Origin: Podarcis filfolensis
Taxonomy: Eukaryota
Strand: one strand, 5' to 3'
Assembly: GCA_964270895.1 (NCBI GenBank)
Contig: OZ185436.1
Length of the DNA stretch: 64,000 nt
This document shows, in pieces, positions 26,557 through 38,747 of the stretch. The first letter of the stretch is position 1. The number at the start of each line of letters is the position of its first letter. Below the pieces are notes generated by a model. That model worked only from the letters and a program-made list of their open reading frames with translations, was not told the origin of the DNA and made no database searches. The translations under genes and the position numbers were made by a program.

Positions 26557-26894
26557 CAGTGGTGCCCCGCAAGACGAATGCCTCACAAGACGAAAAACCC
26601 GCTAGACGAAAGGGTTTTCCGTTTTTCGATGCGCTTCGCAAGACGAATTTCCCTATGGACTTGCTTCACAAGACGAAAACGTCTTGCGAGTCTTGCGATT
26701 TTTTTCACTTTCCCCCCCTTTTTCTAAGCTGCTAAGCCGCTAATAGCCTTTTAGCCGCTAAGCCTTTAATAGCCGCTAAACCGCTAATAGCGCTAATCCG
26801 CTAAGCCGCTAATAGGGTTGCTTCGCAAGACAAAAAAACCGCTAGACGAAGAGACTTGCGGAACGGATTATTTTCGTCTTGCGAGGCACCACTG
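26557..26894. mobile_element. Tc1/mariner (Tigger/pogo-like) MITE
   Basis: 22-bp TIRs cagtggtgccccgcaagacgaa / ttcgtcttgcgaggcaccactg (1 mismatch), a TA duplication on both sides (26555-56, 26895-96), high CpG content and an internal AGCCGCTAAT-like array. Confidence 0.9.
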
Positions 26895-27024
26895 TACTGA
26901 TGTCTTTTGAGGTGTCACATAACTTCCTTAATGCTGATATTTTAAAAACTTTTCCTAAGATACACATACTGTTTCCTCTTAAAAAGTAATTTTGTATTCC
27001 GAGTCTGAGAAAGAAATTCCAGAC

Positions 27025-27160
27025 CAGGCTTCCTCAAACTCGGCCCTCCAGATGTTTTGAGACTACAGTTCCCATCATCCCTGACCACTGGTCCTGCTAG
27101 CTAGGGATCATGGGAGTTGTAGGCCAAAAACAACTGGAGGGCCAAGTTTGAGGAAGCCTG
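27025..27160. mobile_element. Palindromic hAT-like MITE (136 bp)
   Basis: TIR caggcttcctcaaact / agtttgaggaagcctg, with the element palindromic over most of its length. 8-bp TSD ttccagac / ttccaaac. Confidence 0.9.
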
Positions 27161-29349
27161 TTCCAAACCAACCTAGAGGTCTATTGTTCCCAAGTGCCTC
27201 ATTGTTTTGCTTGTTTAACCATTAGAGGGACTTTGATGTTCAGTTTTGAAATAAAATGTCTTGAATTTTGTACAGAAAGGTATACTTACTCAAATTCCTC
27301 TTCCTGCTCCCCAACCCAATCAATATACAAGCATTTTCCTTGTCCTCATACACATTAGTGGGCTAGAACAAAATGAGAGAGGGATATAGAATATGAATAA
27401 GTAAAAGCAACCTTGATACTAACCATTCTAGTTATAATAAATCCATTGTCATTGTAGGGTTGCTATTTGTGTTAAATTTTGATAACATGTTGAAAACCTA
27501 TGCAGTCGGATGAGGAAGAAATAATATGGTGGGATTCCTACCATGGTTGCTGCCTTCAGTTCCTTCAAGGAAGGGCAGGATAAAAAGTAAGGAGGAGGAA
27601 GAGGACTATTACTATTACTTTGCTGGCCTCTCATCTCTTGGCATAAAATCATCAAATCTATTCAAATCTATTCAGGCAGTTTTGTGTTTCATTTGATAGA
27701 TTAACCTAATCCCCAACCTCAGATTTAAGTAGGGAACCAAATACAGCCAACCCCTGTTTTAGGCATGGCCAATATGTGTACAATTGTGCAAACACACACA
27801 GCGCCAAACCCGGAATTGACCCAGAAACGTCATAAAAGATGTCACTAAAAGGGCGGAACGGGAATGGGGCGGGGAGCGGAATGGGGGTGTTTAAATTGCA
27901 CACGATTGCACGTGGGTGAGCAACTCAAATTCAAGTGCCACACTTTTGCTGTTAACTTTTTGCTTGCTCCAAAGTATATATATACATATATATATTGGTA
28001 GCATTCTTTTGTGGAAGCTTGGCATGGAACCCATGCTACCCTAAACATCTTTTAGCAGGGGGGAGGAGTTATCTCGGGGCATGCTTCATGGTGCTTGGCT
28101 GTCCTCGTGTCTATTGCCAGCTTAGAGTTTAAATCAGTAAACGCTACGCTTTGCCAGAGTCGAGCATAGGAAATCCCATTAATGAGCAAGCCAGAAAGAG
28201 AATAAGTGCATTAATTTTCTTAAGTATTGAAGGTTATCTTTCCAGATTTTTTTCTCCCCATAAAGCCCTGTTCAGTCCCAAGAGTGGCTTTTGCATTATC
28301 TGCACAGAAACAGCAATGGCCTCTTGATAATACTTCCTTCCTTCTTCCTTCCTCCTCCTGTGAGCTAGAATGTATGACCAGGCTTATGTAACCCTGTTGT
28401 CATCACGATGGCTTTCACAAACAGGAATATAGTTTCCTAATGTCTGTTAACTACATAAAAATAGAGAGCTTAAAAAAAGGAAAGGGTGTGGAGGGTGAGG
28501 ACAAGGAGATTGTGGGAATGAATTCTAGGCAAGATAATATGGAAGGAAATTTTAGGCTGAAGAATAGGCCACAAGGGAAGAAAGATGGAATTTGAAACCT
28601 CAGCACTACAGAAAAGGGAAATGAGCAAGGGGAACCATAAACATTTAGACTCTTCGGCAAGAGAAGGGAGAGAGATGAAGCCAGAGACTTTAACCCCTTA
28701 GTCCTTGCCTCCTACTGAAGCAGAGCGTAAATGTTTGATCATATCCATTGTCACCCTCACTACTACTTTTCTTTTCCTCCTCCTGTGTAATCTGCAATCA
28801 CAACAGTGATTGTAAACACTATAGAAGTCTCTTTGTTAACACAGGATGTGGCACTTCATAGTATTCTGGGAGAGAGGGATTTTTTGGGCAGGGGTGGCTA
28901 TATCCCCTTGAGGATGAAATTGCTGGACACTAGGGGTAGAAAATGGAATGTTGTCTGACCAATAAATGTTCTGTTCTTCCTGGCAGATTCAGGGTAGTCT
29001 GGTTCATTCTTCAGTAGTGCCCTCTTCTCTCTGTTAGCTGATTTATGGATATTGTTAGGCAGAGACATCTAGGGATGTCTCTCAACTATCTTCCTCGCTC
29101 TTTCTTAACCTTTTATTATTTAGACATACAGGTAATAGGTTTGCTAAGTTGCTGTTTGGGGTTGGAAAGTACACTGCTCAGGCATGTTATGTGGAGCCCC
29201 TCCTCTCAGAGGAAGACTTAATTGGAGGATAACCCTTTCTTTCTGTGGCCAGGATGAGGACCCATCCCACTCCTATGGCCAGGAAGAACAGGAAATATAA
29301 AAGTTAGTCAACATTCTAGTTCTATTTTAAAGTTTCGGATTTATAGACT

Positions 29350-29374
29350 TACTAACCTTCAACTCTCTTCTTAG
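29350..29374 (+). promoter_or_regulatory. ARHGAP26: Branch point (TACTAAC), polypyrimidine tract and 3' splice site of the ARHGAP26 last exon
   Basis: tactaac at 29350-29356, then cttcaactctcttcttag. Confidence 0.8.
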
Positions 29375-29463
29375 TTCATCCATCTCAAGAGCCTGGCTGG
29401 TTGGAAGGAACCTTGAATGGAAAAACAGGATTGATCCCTGAGAACTATGTGGAGTTTCTATAA
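29375..29463 (+). CDS. ARHGAP26: ARHGAP26 terminal coding exon, SH3 C-half and stop
   Basis: (V)[28 protein letters not shown] with TAA at 29461-29463. The KTG...ENYVEFL ending distinguishes GRAF1 from ARHGAP10. Confidence 0.97.
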
Positions 29464-30580
29464 CTATGGACCCATTCACACACAACATTGCTGAGCTTTA
29501 CATGGTATCCATGACAACTGCCGATTAGAGTATTGTAGATCATTTGCTGTTTGCCACTGTGAAAAGAAAGGTGAAGGACTCTGGTGCCTGTTCAGATGAA
29601 TGTTTATGTAAATACTGTATGTTGCTCCTTATGTAATGCATTGTTTGTACAAAGACACTGCAGGAAATGGTGGATGTGAAAGGGGGAGGGGGAGGAACTT
29701 CAGCATAAATTGTTCCGCTCTTCTACAAAAGGTGTGCACCCACTTTCTAAATTGTGTTTTGTTTTAGAGGGCACGATATTAGCAAGGTGTGTGTGTAAAT
29801 GTGGCTTAAAATGATTGCTTGATACCAAGCCCCATTTAACTGGAATTACTTGCACAAAAGCACAAAAAGTCGTTGCGGGTGCCCTCTCGAGTAACACCCA
29901 GGGAATGCTAGATGAACAAAAATTAGACCCCCTGTACTTTCCTCTAGCTGGCCAAAATAAACCTCCCATTTGCTTGGAGGAAACCATGTCTGTTCCTTTT
30001 ATCTTCAGAAGGTGAAAATAATGTTTATGTACATCAACACTAATGGTTTTCCTCTGCAGAGATTAGCCATCCTGGACAGCAATCAACACATAAATAATTC
30101 CAATAATGAGAACTGCTTCACTACATAGACCAAAAACAATACAGCAGTTGCATTACAGTAATGCTTTTAACTTTTTAATGTCCAAGCAAGACACACAACA
30201 GAATCTGAATGTTTTTCCAGAGTGTGTGTAGCAACTGTGATCCCAAAAAATATCCATCAGCAATATGAAGAATATAATGTTTTGGACCAAAGTTCATAAA
30301 GGCTTTTTTAAAAAAACAACAACAGAATGGCTAAGACTAAAATATCTGCAATCTCTTCAAACAGGAATTTCCTTCTTGGAGGTCAAGGAGTCGCTTTTAT
30401 AGAATAGCACATAGACTGACTTGCTGTCCTTCTCTTGTCACTTACTAGCACAAATTTGTAGAAACAAGCATCCAAAGTCTATTGTGCACTTGGGCCTTTC
30501 TTATTTCTTTGATGGGGGCAGCTTCTGTCATTCACAGCAATACTTTCTGTCATTATGTCCCTTGCTTGCTTTGTAGCCTG

Positions 30581-30593
30581 GTGTGTGCGTGTG

Positions 30594-30630
<37 letters not shown>
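30581..30630. repeat. (GT)n microsatellite
   Basis: About 25 units with two GC interruptions. Confidence 0.95.
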
Positions 30631-30633
<3 letters not shown>

Positions 30634-31339
30634 ACGGGGCGGGGAACCTTTAGCATTAAGGATGCCACTGAATTACAACTATCATCCCTGCCCATTGGCA
30701 ACATCTTAAGAGCCACAGGTTCCCTTCCCCTCCTCTACACAGTCACCTACCTTAGAATTTTGTATTTATTGTGCAGTTGAGTGAAAAATCTGGAAAACAC
30801 ATATATATGAAGTATTAGGATTGATGTTTTCACCTATTCATTGATGCCTTTCAGTAATGCCTTTCTCAGTGAAATACCTGTTTTGGGGAAGATGCACCCT
30901 TGTCCTAAATTGCTCTCAAGTTGCTTTGCATATTGTCTGCATAGCTGTAGAATTTACACTTAATGACATGATTTGAAAGCCAAACTTTTCAGATACCATG
31001 CTTCTTCTTCTTCTTTGCTTTAAAAAGGAATAGAAAGTTTTGACTGTGTTCAGATGAAATTGAAAAGTTGGCCCACTTGCAGAAGTAGAAAAACTGGCAC
31101 TTCCTGGTGAATTGTGGTTCCCCTGCCCCACGCCCCAGCTGCTGTACTATCAGATTTCAGTGGCCATAGACTTCTTTTGCTTTAAAATGTTTGTGTGCTT
31201 TTTTTAATTTAATCTTAAATTCTTGAGTGTTCACATTGCTGTATGTCTCACTGACTGTTTTGAATTTGAGATGTAAATATGATGATTTGAAATATTGTGA
31301 AGTAAAGTTTTTATATATTCTGATTTTTAACAGAAGTGT

Positions 31340-31345
31340 AATAAA
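31340..31345 (+). terminator. ARHGAP26: Candidate ARHGAP26 polyadenylation signal
   Basis: AATAAA after a U/UG-rich UTR-like segment. Usage cannot be shown from DNA. Confidence 0.45.
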
Positions 31346-34300
31346 CTAGATATTCAGTCAGCATTTAAACATATTTAACAAGAGGTGCAGAGGCAAGCAC
31401 AAATCTACACACCAACGTTAGAGAAAATGACTTTTCCTGGTCTCCTTCATTTTGGCACCTATAGCTGGCAGCAGCTTTTGCACATCTTCCATTTTTGTTA
31501 ATATTTTTAGGCATCTTTGAAGGAGCGTAGTAAGTGTATTTTTCTATTGTGTTTTGTTCATTTCGAAGCTCTAGTGTTTATTGAACAAATAATATACATA
31601 TTGAATGCACTATTTCATCTCTGGGGTTTTCCTTAAGAGTTCATCTGAACACTAAACTGTGATTAATCTTAACATTATTGAAACAAGCCAGCTCCATTGC
31701 TTGACACTGGCTTATTTCTACCAAACCATAATTATGATTAATCACAGTTTGCTTGATTTGACAACATGACAAGCTGTAGTTAATCAAAAGCAGAAGAGAG
31801 AATTTTTGAACTTCTTGTTTCTGTACTGCAGGAGGAGGGGGCAGCACAAGTGTCTGAGGCCTCCATACGCCTGCTCCTCCTATCCATGGTTTATTGTGAC
31901 GTCTGAGCCAGCTAAACACTCTCTCTTGTGCTCTTTTAATAACCAAGCACACAGCCATGCAATCTCTGATGCTATAACTAGTGTATTTATTTTATTTATT
32001 TTTTGAAATTCTCTACCAAGCTGCTTTTATTGCTACTGGGAGATAAGTGCAGGTACTTGTATTCCCCGCTCCCAATACATCAGCCCACTTATTTTCAGGT
32101 GGACATAATTGAGAGACTACCCTTACAATCCCTATGATTCTGATTCCTTTTTCCCCCCTCACACTTCAAACACTATGCATTGGGGGTAAAAGCAGCTTGA
32201 TGGGATCAGGTACTCTCAATAGCAAAATAGCACAAGCGGGGATGATTTAAGGACTCAGGCTTCTTCAGTGCAGCCTCAGAAGCTGGTTTGTGTGTATGTT
32301 AAGTTTTTTTTTAAAAAAAACAAACCTTAGAACAACATATAACATACTGTTCTATCTCAGACTGCCATCCCAGTGGCGAGAATTTTTTATTTTGTTTTTT
32401 ACATAGAAACGTATCGATTCCTACATTTTTTTAATAAGAAAGAAATTTCTTCTCTCTTACAAGTTACTAGCATATCTAATGTTTTCAAGCAACAGCATTT
32501 TGAACCTTTCTTTTTAATATGTTCTTGGCGCATAGTAAATCAAGAGTCCTTGCTTGAAAGTGCAGAGACGCTTGGCAGGTCTGGTGCAGAGGGTTTTCAA
32601 AAGAGGAACTCATGTGTGGTCAGTGGTTAAAGGAAAATGAGGTAGTAGAATCCCGACATGGTAGAATGGATAGTACCGCTTTAGGCTTCCAATGTAAACA
32701 ACAACAAGTCCACTAGTAGAGAATTAGCATATCCAGGAGAGAGAATGTAGTCCTCCTTTTAAACCTCTGAAAGATAAGGTGGGGGTGGTGGGGGTTCTGC
32801 ATGCAGATGAGCATTCAAAGGTGGGGCACCCTCTACCTGTAGCCTAAAGAGGTGCCATCCATTCTAACACCTCAGAACGGCAATGCCTAATTCTTCATAT
32901 GTAGATGTCCAAAAAAACCTACGAAATATTCCAGCAGAATTCCCTGTCAGCAATCCAGCCTGAAAACCAAAACTATGAAGTCCTTGGGGGTCGATACACA
33001 ATGCACATTGAAACGAAGTGAAGAATGAAAAGCCCATGGGCTCTTAAAGAAATAATAACAATAGAATAGCCTTGCAAACCATCTATTCATCAGATCCCAG
33101 ATTTCACAGTCGGGGACTTGAGGTAAATCTGGCCCTCAGATTAAATGGCACAGGACAGAGAAATATAAATAGGATGTATTAGCTAGCAAATAGGATGTAT
33201 TAGCTTGAAAAAACTCAAATGTGCCCCTTCCCCCTCAAGTCTATAGATCACAAGAGCCCTTAGGAAAATTAATTCAGAATGGCAGCGCCTTAAGCATCAG
33301 TCTTATATTTGGGGAAGGTAGCTTAGGTTTTTGGCAGCCAGACATACACACACAAAAAACCCCCCTGGAAATTAAGCTCTGACTGCCACATTATTATGGT
33401 CGTTTTGGCATTTCTTCTCTCCCTCCACCCCCAGATACTGTATGTCACATGTTTACTGAAATATAACATTTGGGACAAAGCACTTTGAAATCAAAGCTGA
33501 ACATAGTTAACATTCCAGTGTTTGGGTTTCGACACCCAAGGCAGGCATTTTATTTGTCTAATGTGACAGAAATTGGGGGGGAAATAGTCCTGGCTGAAAG
33601 GTAGCTCCTCTTAGTGAGGTGTTCTTATATTAAATGCTTCCCTCTCTCCCTCTGCCACATTGTATGCTGAGCAGTAAAAGAGCAACGCATTATATTATCA
33701 GGTGTTCAATCAAGATACGGCTTTCTTATTTTCATTTCAAGTGCCTGAGGCATCTTTCCTTGCGTCCGTCTACAACTGTGCCTGCCCCACTCATGGCTGC
33801 TTGGAGATCACCAAGAATTTAGAATGCCGCCTAGTGAGGAAAAAGTAATGTATTGCTATTAATTGCTATCCTCTCTGAATCCCTGAGGGTTCTCCTCAGC
33901 ACTGATTTTGATGTTGGGCCAACACCTCTTCAAACGTCTGCCTCGTTATGCATGTAAAGGAGGCTCCTTTCCCTTCTCTCCTGCCCTCTTCTTTTCTTTT
34001 CACTGAGTGGCCTCTACTGATACATACATACACATGTACATACATATGTACACACAAACACACACAGAGGTAGCTGGCTGAGGGGTTTCTTCAGTTCTTT
34101 TCAGCCTGGTCTGTGCTGGTAGCAAAAATCCTTTGGAGGACAAAATGCAGGAGTCTGGCTGAAATGCAAGAGTTTGGCCTTGTCTCCTGTTCTGAGGGGA
34201 CATAGTCTCCTGTAGCCACAGAGAACAGGAAATTCATGGTAAGGAATGTACTATTTCTCCCTCAGATTTTTAAATAGTTCTGCACCTGGATCCTACTAAG

Positions 34301-35324
34301 GAAGGGCAACACACACAACTAAGGTGGTAAATGTTTTCAGCCATTTGTGTCCTGATAAAATTTGAACCAGCAACATGAGTTATGACTGGAAGCATTACTG
34401 TCTGAGCAAATATTTTTCCAGGTAAAAATTTTATGGCAGCCTTGGCTGTTTCACCTTTTCATGTGGACATATTTTTGCGGATTAATGCTAACACCGTGCC
34501 AAAATCAACACAATTGGCTGTTTGGTAAGTAAGTTACTGAGGATTTATTTTTGCAAGTTGAGTAGATATTTTGTGGTTCTTCACAGCAGTTTCCCCAAAA
34601 TGCAAATATTTATGTGTAACAGTATGACTAATCATAACTTTGCCTTCATTATCTTGCAGTTTTAGACGGGGAAGGTATCCAGAGAAAATCCTACTGGCTA
34701 AATAACAAATTGGTAATTTAAAACCATTAATTTTTATATCACATAATTACAGTATAAAATTACATTTAATAACTTAAGGTGCATGTCCCATAATTCCTAA
34801 GAACTTCTAATAGATACAAGTCCGAGAAATCTGTTTTCAGTTCTCATTAAAATGCCATAACATGCTCAGATTAATACATGCATATTCTAACACAGAAATG
34901 CTCGTTTTGGACACATTTGCAAGGAAGTACCAGTGTGTGAAAGTTCAGATTTCGTTTTCTTTAGTACTTCCAATACATTACCATGCTTGTAAAGTTGTTG
35001 CTGTTAAGCAGCATTTATTTTTTGCAGTCTGACTTTCTCAAACCATAACCATGAGCTGATCATAAATATGAGTGGTCCCAGCCGTTTTTTGTTTTACTTT
35101 TGTCTGGCTGATACACAAGTCTTCATGAAGCAAAGTAGCATGGCATCCGTGGACTGAAAAAGGGGGGGGGGGAGAGCCCAGCCGCCTCCCTCTTCCTTCT
35201 CTTTCTCTTTCACAATGCTGTCAGTAAGGAAAGTCTCAGCCAGAGTTATATGGATTAGGGAAGGGCTTACGCCATGCATGTAAAGAGAGGCCAACTTGCC
35301 ATTTAGAAGAAGCATCATGCATTT

Positions 35325-35440
35325 CTGACTCATTCCCCAAGACTTCAGGCAGGAATCTCTCCCAACTCTACCTGTCGATTCCAGGGATTGACCTGGGAAC
35401 ATCTGCATAAAAGGAGATAATGTACCACGAAACTATGAAC
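35325..35440 (-). mobile_element. tRNA-derived SINE fragment
   Basis: Reverse complement resembles the head and body of the 50246 family (ttcaggcaggaatctctcccaactctacctg...ccagggattgacctggga). Confidence 0.5.
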
Positions 35441-36841
35441 TTTCCCCTAATGAATGAGTGGGTCTTTAAGGTGCCACAAAGACACTTTGTTGGGATGGTG
35501 CAGTAGTGGTCTCGATTACGCCGCTGCAAATTGTTATAATGAATCATAATCTCTGGTCAATAAAAGTGGTTCTCCAGGGGTTTTCTTCAAAGACTAGCCT
35601 AATTTATTCATGATCTCGACTCCTCACAAACCTGCACAACAAGCTGAGGTTCAACTGTACCCATCCTTGCAGCAGATGAGGACAAGAATATGGTCCCAGT
35701 TGCTTAAATGATCCCAAGATACAGCATCAACAAATTTGCCATCTTTCCTAGAGCAGTGAATTGGAATGTGTTACCATGCCAGCATCCCTGAACGTGAATT
35801 ATCACACGGGAGGTACCTGTCATCAACACAGAGAGCTCAAGTAGCAATGACTGGTGATGCTAATAACATGTCCTGCCTGAATGTAGATACAACTGTCAGA
35901 CTAACCATGGTCTTTGAAGGAAGTTCCATTGATTTCAGAGGAATTTATTTCTAAGTAAGTGTGTTTAGGATTGGTGACTTATATGAGTTACAGAAAACAA
36001 GTACACCAGAGCTAATGTGGACTTTCAATTTGAAACAAGAGTAACTCTTTCCCCATGAAATATTTTCTGTATAATAAATTATCTGTCAAAACCAAGCTGA
36101 TATGCTTACAAAACAGGTGTGGAAGATTCTTAGAGGCCCAAGAAGCACAAATGGTTAGTGCTAGGCAAATTGTAAAATCTTAATTTCAGATAAACACCCA
36201 AAGGAACTCTTTGCCTTGAGAGTTTTCAGCACTCACTGTAGGCCACGACAATACACAATATGCTGTTTCATTGAGAATGTAAGAATTTCCGTTCACAACC
36301 ATCTCTACTTTTGAAGGGAGTGTAAATTAAATTGAAAATGTGAGAAATGGGAATGGGTGGCAACAAAATCTCTTCAGGTTACACAACCTACGCTTCATGT
36401 GGCTTGTAAAGACTTACATACACTTACTTGCTCAGGCTTTCCCTGACCCATGAGATTGGAGTGTGTTCTTATAGCAATGTGGAAAATGAATTGTTATCAA
36501 GGAGCTGTAGCTGGCCTTGCACAATTAACCCTTCCTGTCACCATAAACTCAACAGCAGTGATTCTAATGCCGACTTGGTTGCTTGCAGGAGCACTTCTTG
36601 TGTAGAAAGAGCCCAGCTGTAGGTTAATTACTTTGCTTGCCTGTTGGCCTAGAAACCCCAAGCCAAGTGAAGGTAGTAACAATCAAGACAGGTGAAGGTA
36701 GTTTAAAAACACAGGGCTTGAGCTGGAATGGAGGTGGGTGGACTTTGAAGGCTTAAAATGCTGTAGGTGCAGCATAGCTTGGCCAGACTGAGATCTACCC
36801 TGCTGCTACATCCCTGGGGCTCCCCGCAGCTGAAATGAGGT

Positions 36842-37030
36842 ATTGTTGTTTGCTTGGTACATTGGTCTATTCTATCCTTGTGCAAATGAAGGATTCTGTA
36901 AGGGCCTGGTACCCTTGTGCAAAGGATAAATTGTTGTTTGCCTGGTACCCTGGTGTAAAGGAGGACCTGGTAGGTTAGTCTATTCATGTATGTCCTTGTG
37001 TAAAGGAGGGATTCTGTATCCTTGTGTAGC
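36842..37030. repeat. Degenerate tandem repeat with CCTTGTG(C/T)AAAG core
   Basis: Five core-like copies spaced ~25-46 bp apart. attgttgtttgcYtggtac and ggattctgta each occur twice. Confidence 0.55.
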
Positions 37031-37194
37031 CTGCTTTTCTTTAATGAGAGAGAGTATTTGGGATGGGAACATGGTACTGTGTATGTCTAGAAGGAAGGTA
37101 CACCTATGTACTAGGCCTTCACAAATGCTTGGGCCTGGAACTCGATAGTCTAGTTGTGCTTCCACATATTCATTACTATTGCACACCAGCGGGT

Positions 37195-37383
37195 GGCAGG
37201 GATGCCAACTTGAATAAAATTGTGGGGGCCCAGGTAAGCCCCACCCACATAATCAATCGCATGACCCAGTGCACACACCTCATTTGAATGGGAATGCCCA
37301 TAAACTTTGTGAGAGCCTGGCCACTTCAAGTATTTTATTGCGGGGGCCAAAGCCCTCATGGCCCCTAGGAGTTGGCTCCTATA
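37195..37383 (+). mobile_element. Interspersed repeat, copy 1 (unclassified)
   Basis: Shares gccaacttgaataaaat, caggtaagccc, cagtgcacacac.tcatttgaatgg and ggcccctaggagttggctcct with 38748-38928. Confidence 0.6.
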
Positions 37384-37690
37384 GTGGATGGAGGTGTGTG
37401 TTCCCCGCCCCTTTCCCCTCAATCGCTCTTCTTCCACTCTGCTGCCTTGTTCTGTTCTGGGCATGTGCATAGGTATGTTTATACCTGTGCAACTGCACCT
37501 TTTTTTTAATAAAAACCCCCACATACATTTGAAGGGCCCAAGGACAAATATTGCCAACCTTATTTATCATATTTTACAATGGACAAAATGGAGACTTGTA
37601 TTTTTGGGATAGGGAGGAATATCTGCTTCCATTTGGATCATAATGAATAATAATGATACAGAAGTGTAGCACAAAACCATTGCAGAATTA

Positions 37691-37716
37691 TTGTTGTTGT
37701 TGTTGTTGTTGTTGTT
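37691..37716. repeat. (TTG)n microsatellite
   Basis: About 9 units. Confidence 0.9.
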
Positions 37717-37939
37717 AATTAAAGTTAGATTATGTACTGCGATCGCTGTTTATGAGGTAATCCCCATATGCACTGTATGAAGATTTTAGGAGAAATGCTC
37801 CTGCTGATGAGGTTCAGACATGCTTTCTGCATGCAAGAGTTCGTGGAAACAGACATGCTTGTATTACATGGACCTCAAAAAATAATGGTGGTTTTTAAGT
37901 GAGGAGCAAACAGAAGTAGGAGAGTGGCATTAGAGGCCA

Positions 37940-38088
37940 GCCTCTGGAAACTCAGTCAGCAGAACATGAGACTCTTAATCTCCGGGTCATGGGTTCGAGA
38001 CCCATGCTGGGGAAAAGATTCCTGTGTTGCAGGGAGTTGGACTAGAAGACTCTTGTGGTCCCTTCCAGCTCTACAATTCTGATTCTAT
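37940..38088 (+). mobile_element. tRNA(Lys)-like-headed SINE with CR1-type tail
   Basis: ctcagtcagcagaacatgagactcttaatctccgggtcatgggttcgagaccc (B box GGTTCGA), then ttggactagaagac...ggtcccttccagctctacaattctgattcta. Confidence 0.8.
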
Positions 38089-38120
38089 ATGACAAGTCAT
38101 GCACCTAATAAATGCACTAA

Positions 38121-38242
38121 TGCAACCTTTCCCAACCTGTTGGCTGCCAGATGTTGTTAGACTACAACTCCCATCAGCCGCAGCCAGTATAGCTGATGGT
38201 CAGGGATGATGGGAATTGTAGTCTAAACAGCTAGAACGCACC
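38121..38242. mobile_element. Degenerate palindromic hAT-like MITE
   Basis: ccagatgttgttagactacaactcccatca ... gggatgatgggaattgtagtctaaacagct. Confidence 0.65.
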
Positions 38243-38747
38243 TAGTTAGCAGAGGCAGCACTAAGGAGATTTCACACCAGCAGTGACTGCAGATTGTTAT
38301 GGAGAAATCCAAATTAAAATTGAAAATTAAACAGGTTGGTATTTTGATGATGGCATGTGGATGCTGCAAAATCTTGTGCGCACGGACAGCACAGATTTCA
38401 CAACAAACCCACATCTGGAAGCACCCTATAATGTGCTTCTATGTAGCTGTGACTGCCAAAAGCTTAAAACAAGATGGAGATTCCTTGTGTTGCCATTGCA
38501 TAATGTTGGCTGTGGAAATACAACAAAATAAAGTTAAACAATCAATCAATTTCCACATAAGAGATTTCTTTTTCCAAAGAGCAGAAGGCCTTGTGGCACT
38601 TCCCATAAACCTGGAATATCCTGAATATAATTGCAGCGTCTCCTGCAGGTGTGAGACAATCCTGTTTGGGGAAGGAGTGGGTGAAGAGACAACAGAGTTT
38701 GAAGAATCAGGAGAAATATTCTCAAGGGAGAGTTTCACTAGCAATCA

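Larger units (their letters stand above)
29464..31365 (+). other. ARHGAP26: Probable ARHGAP26 3'UTR (end uncertain)
   Basis: Follows the stop codon. Block ctgagctttacatggtatccatgacaactg (29491-29520) recalls the human UTR. A U-rich end has AGTAAA at 31301 and AATAAA at 31340, and another AATAAA lies at 29956. Confidence 0.55.

Noticed and set aside
26726-26815. CRISPR-like or regularly spaced array
   Set aside because: It is a short degenerate tandem repeat inside a MITE with no unique spacers, in a vertebrate context with no cas genes.
33825-33838. CTCF-like motifs here, at ~37184 and at ~63706 as an insulator between the genes
   Set aside because: Each has core mismatches and lies in or next to repeat-derived sequence. 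They cannot be supported without PWM scoring or ChIP.
36428-36622. ORF segment LNSSDSNADL resembling the GRAF1 linker (MNSSDPDL)
   Set aside because: It lies downstream of the ARHGAP26 stop and has low-complexity similarity only.
37940-38088. tRNA genes here and at 4326, 25422, 50246
   Set aside because: These are tRNA-like heads fused to LINE-type tails and cannot form a full cloverleaf, so they are SINEs.
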